Both the position numbers and the translations under genes were made by a program. 64,000 bases of DNA from Octopus sinensis (lineage: Eukaryota): assembly GCF_006345805.1 (NCBI RefSeq), contig NC_043005.1, forward strand, positions 8,680,001 to 8,744,000, read 5' to 3'. Positions 13,199 to 24,900 of the stretch are shown here, piece by piece. A model generated the notes under the pieces. The model saw nothing but the letters and a program-made list of their open reading frames with translations. It was not told the origin of the DNA and ran no database searches. The first letter of the stretch is position 1, and every line of letters starts with the position of its first letter.

Positions 13199-13765
13199 TT
13201 TCCAAACGATTTACAACTAATTGTTGTAAATCTTGTACCTATTTTCTCAATAAATCGTTAAATCGCAGTTAGAAGAAGCTTTTGAAAAGCGTCCGAATTC
13301 CGAATCTTATGGGCCACATTTTTTCTTTGTGTTACTGTATTAGCACAATAACATAGACGTGTCTACAGGAGATCTTACTAGATATAACTTCAAGATCTAC
13401 CGAAAATCATTCTCAACATTTTAAATACGTGTGGACGCATCAGTTACTGAAGTCTTAGATACACTCGCGGATTAAAGAGCTTTCACTATAAATTTCCACG
13501 GTGAAATCTGAAATGGGGTTAAGTAGTATTACAAATGAATGTCACATTTGCGAGTAATTACCGATAAAAATTATTATCTTTATTGTAGTTATCACTGTTT
13601 TTATTTTCTTAAATTGCATTTTAAACAACTTCAAATATATTTTCAGTGAAACTAAAATATAAATCATCAAGTGACATACGTATTTCCAAAATATAGTGCT
13701 GTCAGCTGACAAAGGAATGTTTTTATGCCTATTCGAACAGAACTAGTTGAAATTTTATATCAAGA

Positions 13766-14163
13766 CTAGCAGTATTACCCGGCGTTGCTCGGGTTTGTAA
13801 GGGAAATAACTATATAAGCATTTTTAGAGAGTTATAGCCAAAAAATAGCAAAAAAATGCATTAAAAATGGGAAAAAAATGATGGTAATTTTTTTAAAAAT
13901 CGTTGACTCATCGTAGACATTTATAGAGAGTTACTTCCCTTATATAATAGCGAAATAAATGCATTAAAATGGAAAAAAATGATGGTAATTTTTAAAAAAT
14001 ATCGTAGACTCATCGTAGACGCGCGCTAATACCCAGAAGGGCTCGAAATGAATCACGACTATAAGATACCCGGTTTTGGTTAAACTGCACCGCAAAATGT
14101 GGGAGTAGTTAGGAATCTAAATCGTAGGAGACAGACACACAACTTCTCTTTTATATATAAAGA
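13766..14163 (-). mobile_element. Non-autonomous Helitron
   Basis: Minus strand has 5' TC (A|TCTTTATATATAAAAG), a 3' hairpin cccgagcaacgccggg, then CTAG|T. It has no TSD and carries an internal duplication of about 100 bp. A sister copy is at 29942. Confidence 0.85.
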
Positions 14164-15541
14164 TTTTACTTGAAACACGCAGATACAAATCGGTTCAGAC
14201 CAAACTATATTAATCACTATATTATCATCTGTCCAAACTGTAAAATGTGTTCTCGAGAGAACATCGGCGATGAAAGTATATAAGAAAAAGCAAGAGCATA
14301 ATTACGTGACTGGAATTGGATAATCTGAAATATATTCCTCCACATTTCGATAGATTTGAATGAAATGTACATAAGGAAATATATGCAAAATTGAATGTGC
14401 CTTGCTCGATGACGAATACAGAAAGGGGTACTTTAGAAAAACCCAAATATCATTTCAAATCTCAGAAGAATAACAATGGTTGTTCAGAATTGATATAAAA
14501 TTTACGCCACTTCTCCTTACTACTATGTTTATTGTTCGTCGTGTCTATAGAGCGTTTCGCAGTTCTCATAATCGTCATCTCATTCATTTGTATGTGAAAC
14601 TAAACAGAGCCATAGTTGTATGACTTTGTATTAGAAGTAATATCGTTCCGTTACCTTTTCAGATTGGTATAAAAACCCAAATGGTTTATAAACATTATAG
14701 AGTTATAATAATCTACTATTTATTAATACACAGGGAAATGCATACACAGCGATGTATGTACACACACACACACACACACACACACGTACCTGTATATATA
14801 TATATGTGTGTGTGTGTTTGTGTGTGTATAGCACAAGTTATGGAAGTATATATATATATATGTATATATATATATGTGTATATCCATATACATATGTGTG
14901 TGTATGGATGGATGCATATATAAATAACACACACACACACACAGATATGTATAGGTATTGCGTATGTGTGTGTGTCTATGTGAGTGTGTAGTTGTATTCA
15001 AATGCATGTATATCGGTATGAAAATATATAAGTAAAACCTGAAATTCTTTGTTGATAAGCAGTACATTTCTTTTTAACAGTACTTACGTCAAATACTCTG
15101 ATCAGTATATGAGCTCACAGACTTTTATTTATTCACAGCTACAACCACTGCCACAGACACCATTATATGGAGAAATACAGAAATGTACACCTGTACACAA
15201 GCACACACACACAAATACACGTATTCACACAATCACACGTGTGCATGCATATACACTTATACACAAACATAGAGACTCTTATCTATTTCCGCTCAAAGGA
15301 GAAAAATATGAATAGCCATGTCAGTAATTCACATTCTCACCCACATTTCCAAACAATTATAATTACTACATCTTTGCGTATATGGAAGCATAATGTAACT
15401 GACACACACATGCACACATACACACACATACACACGCATATGTAATTATGTGTGTATATATATGTATGTGTATGTGCATAGGTACATATGTATTTACGTA
15501 TAGACCTGTATACAGGCAAGCATATGCACAATTACATACAT

Positions 15542-15589
<48 letters not shown>

Positions 15590-15597
<8 letters not shown>

Positions 15598-15876
15598 AAA
15601 GGGCTTAGTAAAATAAATTACTTTGCCGCATACTGAACTCATTAGAAATAGCAGCCAAAAAAAAACTTTTCTAAAACTATTTCTAATACTTAAAGAAAAC
15701 CTCTCTCATTTAGTGTTTGCTCAATTCAATTGAGTTGAATTGAGCAAACACTATATGAGAGAGGTTTTCTTTAAGTATTAGAAATAGTTTTAGAAAAGTT
15801 TTTTTTTTTGGCTGCTATTTCTAATGAGTTCAGTATGCGGCAAAGTAATTTATTTTACTAAGCCCTTTTATATAAT
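15590..15876. repeat. 287-bp near-perfect palindrome
   Basis: Arms of about 141 bp around a 5-nt spacer (gctcaattcaa-ttgag-ttgaattgagc). I see one substitution and an A9/T11 length difference. Confidence 0.95.
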
Positions 15877-16448
15877 GTAATAATTTGAATTCGCCTTAAA
15901 TGGTCCCTTTGCATACTGAATACTTGGTGAAATTGATTAATTAATTAATTTTACCCTCAATTGTTGAAATTATATATATATATATATATAGGCAGACAAA
16001 GACTGAGAGAGAAAGAGAAGTACAGACAGAGAAAGAGAAATAAGAAAATGATAGAGAGAGAGAGAGAGAAAGAGAACAGAGTTGGTCGTAGAAATATTGA
16101 GAATATTTAATTACCATTGACACGTTTCAGGTGTAAGACTTCTCCTAGCACAAGTTATGGAAATTATATTTATAAAAGATAATATTGTCTAACAAAATGT
16201 TGAGCTTCATACAATATACACCTAACTGTTTCTTTTCCTTTTTTTTCTTATTTTTACCTGCATTTAATTCAAGTATGTTTTAATTCTGTCGCTGTAATTT
16301 TATGGAACTTATAAATTTCATATTCTACAATTTGTTTGCTTTTCGAAGAAATATTCCTCTTTCTTTATGTTCTTTGTGTCTGAAATCCTGTCTGCGTTAC
16401 GTGTGCTTTACAAATGCATTGCTGTGGCAACGCTATATGTATATGTAT

Positions 16449-16680
16449 AAGGCGGCGAGCTGGCAGAAACGTTAGCACGCCGGGCGAAATGCGTAGCCGT
16501 ATTTCGTCTGTCGTTACGTTGTGAGTTCAAATTCCGCTGAGGTCGACTTTGCCTTTCATCCTTTCGGGGTCGATAAATTAAGTACCAGTTACGCACTGGG
16601 GTCGATGCAATCGACTTAATCCCTTTGTCTGTCCTAGTTTGTCCCCTCTATGTTTAGCCCCTTGTGAGTAGTAAAGAAAT
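16449..16680 (+). mobile_element. SINE type C with alternative 3' tail
   Basis: Same head and core as 11041, but the tail is aatccctttgtctgtcc...gtagtaaagaaat. The empty site is seen at about 18297-18312. Confidence 0.9.
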
Positions 16681-17492
16681 ATATATGTTCATGCACATGT
16701 AAATATATACATATGTAGACATCTATATCTTTCAGGCCTTCATTGCATTGCTTTAGATTTTCAGCCAGCCTCACTTTGAACCTTACTAGTCGCATTCGGC
16801 CAACCTTACTGTGAGAGCGATGGATTGTTTCATGTTCCACTGTTATTTTAATATTATGAGATGAGTTATTGGATGCTATTGCCCAGACTACTAAAATATT
16901 TTCTTTCAGAGAACCAACATGATTTCGTTTTCGTTCGGAATGATGTTAGAGTCGCTCCATTTAACTGTCTACAGATGTTGCCAATTTTGTAACATACACA
17001 GGGAAGGGTGCACTATTCCGCATATTTAATCTTTGGTCACGTATCGTCACTCCAAGCTTCGAATTATCCCTGCTTTTGCGGTTTCTAGGCTGATATCGCA
17101 ATACCCGGAAATTTTCGACATTGAATTTTATTACTAGTTTTAGTTAATTTGTATAGTTTGCTTAAGTCTTGCTATAGGATTAAAATAACATTAAATCTTT
17201 AAATTGTTTTTGCTAATTATTATTGTCACTTTTCCCACCGTAATAAGTATTGTATTAGAAAATATTTGAACTTCAGAAAATATTTCGATATATGACACAC
17301 TTACAATAAAACATCGTAAGGCCAAACCACGTGTTACACATCTAAACACTTAGGCATGCATATTTATATACACACATACATACATACATACATGCATGCA
17401 TACATGCATGCATACATACATGCATACATATATATATCGATATATATATATATGTGTGTGTGTGCATGCGTGCGTGTGTGTGATTTCGATAT

Positions 17493-17880
17493 ACTCTTTT
17501 ACTCTTTTACTTGTTTCAGTCATTTGACTACGGCCATGCTGGAGCACCGCCTTTAATCGAGCAACTCAACCACGGGACTTATTCATTGTAATCCCAGTAA
17601 TTATTCTATCGGTCTCTTTTGTCGAACCGTAAAGTGACGGGGACATAAACACACCAGCATCGGTTGTCAAGCAATGCTAGGGGACAAACACAAACATACA
17701 CGCACACACACATATATATATATACATATATACAACGGGCTTCTTTCAGTTTCCATCTATCAAATCCACTGACAAGGCTTTGGTCGGCCCGAGGCTATAG
17801 TAGAAGACACTTGCCAAGGTGCCACGCAGTGGGACTGAACCCGGAACCATGTGGCTGGTAAGCAAGCTACTTACCACACA
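17493..17880 (-). mobile_element. Bipartite SINE type A
   Basis: Tail, (CA)(TA) tract and core/head, in the same layout as 31912 and 53598. Confidence 0.9.
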
Positions 17881-17892
17881 AGTATGTATATA

Positions 17893-18890
17893 CTCATACC
17901 AACATTTGAGCTGCTAGGATGGACGCTTGATGAGATCCGAGCTATTGATGAGAAAATCCAGAAGATATTAACAAGTACATATAATTTCCACATCAACAGT
18001 GACGTAGGCCGCTTCTAACTAAATCTAAAACAAGGCGGCAGAGGCTTAACATCTATCCAAACTAGTTTTGAATGTCGTATCATATCCCTTCAGCAACATC
18101 TTTTAGCTACCAAGCGTCGAAATGTATCTCTTGACCAATTTTGCATGCATGGGGCTGATAACATCAGAGGATTTGCAAGGCAGCTACTTGAGTAGCATTC
18201 CTTGTCTGATAACCTTAAATACTTGCACAAAGTATTGTGTCTGAAATCTTGTCTGCGATACATGTGTGCTTTACAAATGCATTGCTGTGGCAAAGCTATA
18301 TGTATATGCACATATAAATATGTACATATGTAGACATCTATATCTTTCAGGCCTTCATTGCATTGCTTTAGATTTTCAGCCTCACTTTGAACCTTACTAG
18401 TCGCATTCGGGCAACCTTCTTACTGTGAGAGCGATGGATTGTTTCATGTTCCACTGTTATTTTAATATTATGAGATGAGTTATTGGATGCTATTGCCAAG
18501 ACTACTAAATTATTTTCTTTCAGAGAACCAACGTATCAGCAAAGATGAGCGTATATGAACATAAGACCATGCATTTGATATGTTAGTAGAAAGCCCAGAA
18601 ATGATAGTAACGTTGATCATCAAAACAGGCTATCATGCACCAACAACCGGATTACTACCTCCTACTTTGATGGGTATCAAGAAAATAGGAATGCAGGAAC
18701 AGAAAATATCAACAAAATATGCAGAAAAAGTAGTCAAATGTGACAGCCGATGCAGACTTTGTGGAGTTAACACCGAAGATATCATTCATACCATAAGCAG
18801 AGGTCCGAAAATGTCCTCACGGTATTATCTACCGTGATGTCGTTGCTAGGACGATGTATAACAAGATCCATCGACAGGATACTCTTGAGG
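17893..18890 (+). mobile_element. R4/Dong-clade LINE relic (RT C-terminus and CCHC knuckle), interrupted at 18235-18532
   Basis: LIPTFELLGWTLDEIRAIDEKIQKILT..FHINSDVGRF*LNLKQGGRGL, then MQEQKISTKY..CRLCGVNTEDIIHTISRGPKMSSRYYLP. These are typical of restriction-like-endonuclease LINEs. Confidence 0.85.
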
Positions 18891-18944
18891 GAAAGAAATA
18901 AGAAATTACAGTACGAGAAATCTGCAGTTATTCTAACCCGATTA

Positions 18945-19215
18945 CAAGTTCAGGCTAAATACCTGTAATTATAGAGGTACTGGGTTACGTAACACACTGC
19001 CTAACTACCAATCTTGAGAAATTAAGCTTCTTAAAACAAGAAAGAACTGATTCGAAGACTACACATCCAAGCCATCAGTGGAACTGTATAAATCTGTAAT
19101 ACTTTCCAGAAATTTATCATTTAAGTATATATGAGTATGTCAAGATAGGCAATTATATGCATGAGAAAGTTAGAAACCGGCTCTATCTCTATTGGCGAGA
19201 AGGTTTGAAATAAAA
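18945..19215 (-). repeat. Unclassified repeat E, copy 1
   Basis: Reverse complement aligns by eye with 33960-34330 and 35000-35380 (agccggtttctaac; gagaagcctaatttctcaagattggt). Confidence 0.75.
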
Positions 19216-19838
19216 CATGTGTGTTTGTGTGTATGTGTGTGTGTGATATGTGTGCATGTGTGAAAGTGAAAGAGATATGCATGTAAGGGTCTTCATGAGA
19301 ATTTGCCTGTGTTGGTACATAGACCAATTTAATATTAAATGAGCAGCGGGCGATTTTGTGTAAGTAATGCACGGTTGAGACATCATCAAAGATGCCTCAT
19401 ACGCAGGGAAGTTGTCAACTATGCATTATACCAGCATCTCTTCTTGCCAGGAGTGAGGAAAAAATATATGCGTCAAGTGGTGGAGCTGATATGATGTTTT
19501 ACCAAAGCGGTATTGTAATATTTACTGAAAGAGATGTCACGTCTATTCAAATGTAAGTCTTGGCAGGACTGAAAATCCATATCCATGTCATTCATGTTTA
19601 ACAGAACAAACAAGCGATGGAAAGGCATTTATACATATACATATAGATATACATATACAAGCATATACATACATATACATATTTATGTATGTATATGTAT
19701 ACACACACATATATAAATATACATATATATATATATATATGTATATGCATGTATATATGTATCTATATGTGTATGTATAACTATATGCATATCTATCTAT
19801 CTACCTCTCTCTCTATCTATCTATCTATCTATCTATCA

Positions 19839-19908
<70 letters not shown>

Positions 19909-19949
19909 GATACGCACACACGCATGAACACATGCAAACACACACACAG

Positions 19950-19989
<40 letters not shown>

Positions 19990-20369
19990 CTGCGTGTTTA
20001 TTATGCAGCTTGAATAAAATCCGAGCACATATTTCTGTGCGCACTCTATATGCAGATTAAATTAGGCATGGACGCCATTCGCATAATAATTAGAAAGTTA
20101 CGTAGCGGAAGCAGTATTTAATAATTAGAACAACGAACAAGTACTGCATATTCAGCTCGCCAACAACTAATATTTATTTCATGGTAGGCACAGGCGATGA
20201 TTCAAGGCGAGTTTCGACTAGTCTTGAATAAAATTTATGAAAGTTTGTGGTATCTGTTGATTGTCTAAGAATTAGCGAGCAAATCAATACATTAGCATAA
20301 CAGAACAAGCTTCTACATGGATTCACCTATTAGAAATAGGAGACAAATCTGCATAAGACAGTATTAAAA

Positions 20370-20830
20370 GGAGGGAGAGCATTTGAATGTTTTAGTTCCA
20401 GATTTACTTAGCTTGAGTAAAAGTAAAACGATGCTTAACCTTTTGGTTGCTATCTCCAAGTTAATTTCATCGATCAGTAGTGATTTGGAATTGCTTGAAT
20501 AATAGAGGGTGCGCATGTTTAATGTCAGACAAAAACCCTGTAGTATCGAGTCAGGTACTTTCATATCGAAGGGATCTATAAAAAAAAGTACCATGTAGTA
20601 CCAGATCTCATAGAGGTTTTCAAGATCCACTCGCGAAAGTGATCGAAGATTAAAACGGAATGGACTGACACTAAGCATGTGCTTGTAAGCTGAAAATTAC
20701 AGAAGAAGACGGAAAGCTCTCATGATAACCGTGTAGTCAGGGTGACTCGGTATATATGGGGTTCTTTGGTGGCCCCTGGGTGGGGTTTTCTCTCTAGTTG
20801 AAATCAGGAGACAATTTGGATTTTGCTGTT
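20370..20830 (+). mobile_element. Possible L1/Tx1-like ORF2 end and 3' UTR relic
   Basis: Coding-like LNLLVAISKLIS segment followed by a ggtggggttttctctc motif. Weak, and based on recalled similarity. Confidence 0.25.
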
Positions 20831-20869
20831 AACTTCATTTTTGTTAACTTCATTATTGTTAATATCCGA

Positions 20870-21399
20870 GTCACACTGGGGTAAAATATACGAAGCACAG
20901 TATACACATCATAACTACCCATCTGATAAGGGTACACCAGGCACATGCATCATAACCATATGTGCATGACATGGTGATCTCATATCAAGATAAACAGCGC
21001 ATGACCGTGCATGTGGGGTCAAGTTAGAGTTTTTTCTTCGGGTCGTGTAGCCTATCCCGCTCAAAAGGTCCCTGAAAAAGGATTGTTTAAGGATGTTGAG
21101 CGAACCACCCCTATTTCCAAAGGTGAATTATCCAAACCTCTAAGAATTCATTTTAACACACAGCTATGATGCTCCCCCATTACTTCTGCACATGGTCAGA
21201 GATGCACATATCGTCAGCCATAAAGGACATGCTTAACTGGTTAAGGTCAAACAACTGACAAGCAAATCTGTGGTATTGAGCAGAATATTTGCTGTAGCCC
21301 ATCTTTTATACCAAGACAAAACAATGTACATGATAACACGTCCAATCAGTTAAGATCAGAAACCACGAGAGCCTCTGCCTGGTACTGCATCAGGACATT
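20870..21399 (-). mobile_element. Non-coding dispersed element F of about 530 bp, abutting (TTA)n
   Basis: Roughly 80-85% similar to 48170-48665. No ORF. Confidence 0.85.
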
Positions 21400-21410
21400 T
21401 ATTATTATTA

Positions 21411-21491
<81 letters not shown>

Positions 21492-21493
<2 letters not shown>

Positions 21494-21809
21494 GCTTGAC
21501 TTTTGCTTTATGTCTGTACAAGTTGGCTCCAAGTCTCACCCAGAGACCTCAAGAGACAACAGGTTGGAAGTTCTGTGCCATATATTTGGGGGTTTTTTTA
21601 GTTTTTTTTTTTGGTGTTGTACTAGTGAATGTCTAATACATAAAATAAATAAATAAATAAATAAAAATAAAATAAAATAAAAATAAAAATAAAAAAAAGT
21701 TTGTTTTAAACCTTGGGATTATATAGAGAGTATTTTGCGTAGGATATGAGCAGTTCCCATGAGCACTATCTTTTGAATTTCTGCCATTTTGGGGTTTCCT
21801 GGTATCTGA

Positions 21810-21811
<2 letters not shown>
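21492..21811 (-). mobile_element. 5'-truncated R4/Dong-like LINE 3' end, flanked by (TAA)n on both sides
   Basis: Minus ORF end TQIPGNPKMAEIQKIVLMGTAHILRKILSI* (QKxxLxGTAHILRK motif), then a 3' UTR and (TAA)n. Confidence 0.85.
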
Positions 21812-21862
<51 letters not shown>

Positions 21863-21949
21863 CATCATCATCATTATTATTATTACTATTATTATTATTA
21901 TTACTATCATTATTATCATCATCATCACCACCCCCACCACCACCCCCAC

Positions 21950-21987
<38 letters not shown>

Positions 21988-24900
21988 TCATCATCATCAT
22001 CGTTATCATTATTACTATTATTATTACTATTATTATTGTTATCATTCATTGTTGATTCATTATTCCAACGTGCCTAAAATTGGCTCCGAGATTACTCTGG
22101 GGTTTGTAATAATAACTGAAACAAATAATATTTCTTTTGTGTATCCTTAGACACAGAAACATTGAATGACCAATTGGAAAATTTTTCAGTGATGAGAGGA
22201 CCATCTGGGATTAAAACAAATTATCCCGTCTTTTACCGTATAACTACCAGTCAACAGTGGTCTTTTTCCTTTTATATGAACCACGCGATGACGAAATAAT
22301 AATAAACAGATCAAAACAGCCAACAAAATCCAATTAAAACGAAGATTAAAGATGTAAATTTCAGACAATGATAAAAATTAATGAAGTTTCAACAAAAATT
22401 GCTTAGATTTGAAATATGTTTACAATCGAAAATAACAGCAGTACACATGCAATTACTTGGTGAAAGGAAGTTGTGGAAGGCCCGTTTATCGCAATCGGAC
22501 TTAAATTCGAAACCTTTTAATGAGAAGACGAAAGATATTTCACCTTTTGCTCACAAGACCGATGCCAGACTGCTAGAATACGCCATGCTAAAAGAGGTGA
22601 GTAGTTTATCGCTTTGCTGTTAAGACCATTGCTGCTTTCTTGTTCGATCGAATGATGATTTAGAGACAGCCCTTTCAGGTACGCAAATACTGATCTCCTA
22701 TTTTGATAGGATTGCCATTAAGGACATAAATGATAACGGCGTAATCACTTTATTGATGCATTAACGGGAACTGACCACTGCTGACGGAAATTCCGGCGAT
22801 ATCAGGTCAGTTGTTTTCACTATGGGGAAACAATCCTCAGACTCCTGAAGAGCACGAAACAATACCTGAAGTGTGCTCTGTAGATAACGCTTATTAGAAT
22901 TTCTTAAAACTGACCGTCTAATACAGGAGGCCTAGCTGTCACACTTGTAACAGTAAAGTCTGTGCTAGGGACGTCTGCTTAGAAAAATGCAATGCATATA
23001 AACATCCCTGCCCACATGTATTTTACATGTTTGCGTGTATGCATACACATTGCTGTTGTTAATGGCGTCAGAAACAATTCTGGAATTCGGAAAATATCTC
23101 ACTGTCTTTAATACTAGGAACCTAGGAGAACTGAGAACTCCATCATCCAGTTATAGGTGGTGTACATAAAGAGAGTGAGGTTAAACAACAACAAGACCAG
23201 CTAAAACTAAATAACCATGAAGCTTATTCTCATAGTAGTAATTTCCAATCCACTTAAGAAGATGTGTAGCTGTTAGAAACCAAACAAATTGAGGGAGATT
23301 TCTTCCGAAAGTATAAAAGAACATCAAAAGAACAAATGAAAATGGCTTTAAAAAAATACGAAGGGGAGAAATATATCTTACATTTAAAGGTTAAATATAC
23401 AATGTGACTATAGTTAGTGATAGAGGTAGAAATGTTAAAGTTCAAATCAAGATTGAAGAGATATTTTTACTTTTTGAATACAGCGTGAGAAAACATTTGC
23501 GTGACTGCAAACCTGATACGGATTCGTTGAATAAAAATAGTTTTTTTTTCTCGGAATTGATAATTGTGCCAATATGGATACCAAGCACAAAATAATACAA
23601 AGGATATTAGGTAATTATCTTCCTTCCGTTATTTTCTAGTAACGTGAATGATGTACTTGGAATGTGTGTGACAGTGTGATGCACTGAATCATTATTATCG
23701 AAAATGTGACAGTGTGATTGTGTGACAATGTGAGGTATGAGAGTGTAAAAGTGTAAAGCATTTTTATCGAGAACGATGAAAGTGCGTATAACTTTTTCCG
23801 TTGTCCAAAATGCAATGTTGTTTTTCTGAAAAACACACTTTCAGACAGTTTCGAAGACCTGTTGTTCAGCTATATCGAAAACCCCAGATATATAGTAGTT
23901 GGCTCTGTATGCTCTTCTCCAACTTACTTTGACAGCGTATACCATATATGGAGTAAAGGGATAAATGAAATACCTGTCCTCTCAGGTTCATACTCATATT
24001 ATCTTTCTTGTTCCACACCCTTACTCCCAGTAACATCTTTTGCAATATGGACTCACAGGCATGAGACGCGACCGCTGATACTGGAGAGAGCAATATTGAT
24101 ATGCTCTTCGAAAATTCATAGAAAACTGCGTGAACAATTTAAAATACTGCTGACATTAATTAGAATTAAATTACAGGCAAATGAGAAATAAACAAGAAAC
24201 AATTTTGATAACAACCAGTCAAATGATGAAAGCCAGACAAAAGCTCCTTACACATTTGCAGAATCAATAATTCGGTCATTATTTTTATGTCATTGTGGAA
24301 TATAGCAAATTATAAATCTCTAAGTACAATTTTTCATAAACACATTTTCCTCTTTATAATTTAGCAGCATTTCATTTCCTCTACCGTCTTCTACGCTTAA
24401 GATGGTTCATTTTAATAATTAACTTTCAAAAAATCTATATATCCGTACCTCCCTGCGTTTATTTCCTCATTAATGAACTTGAGAAATTTTCCATACTTCA
24501 CCACCTAATCTAGAACGTCATTATTATTTTCTTTTGTAATACTAATTTAAGGACGTTTTATTCTCTAATAAGAATTAATTCAGAAAGATATCCCTAATTC
24601 AATTCTGTAATGGACTCCGACAAAACAACTGATTGTTTGATCAAATGATTACTCAAGTAATAAAATTTTTAATTTACTATTGCGTTTACAAGTTGCGGAA
24701 AAATATTTCAAAAAAGTAAAACAGGACCAATGTGTATATTTTATTGACAAAATGCCACTCACACGATAGTTCTTCCTTTTCTTAAAAGTGTAAATATTTT
24801 TCTCTTTTATTGCGAGTTGAATTCCGTAATGTTTAAAGCGTTCTCATTCATTCGTATAATCAAATGCTTATATTCTAATATTTAAATCAATATTAAACGG

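Noticed and set aside
22439-22596. Possible plus-strand exon ending at a strong GTGAGT donor
   Set aside because: The acceptor is A-rich, the peptide is unrecognisable and there are no partner exons. RNA-seq would be needed.
22624-22765. IKDINDNG, a cadherin- or EF-hand-like motif
   Set aside because: It is an isolated motif between stops, with no other cadherin-repeat residues or EF-hand E12.
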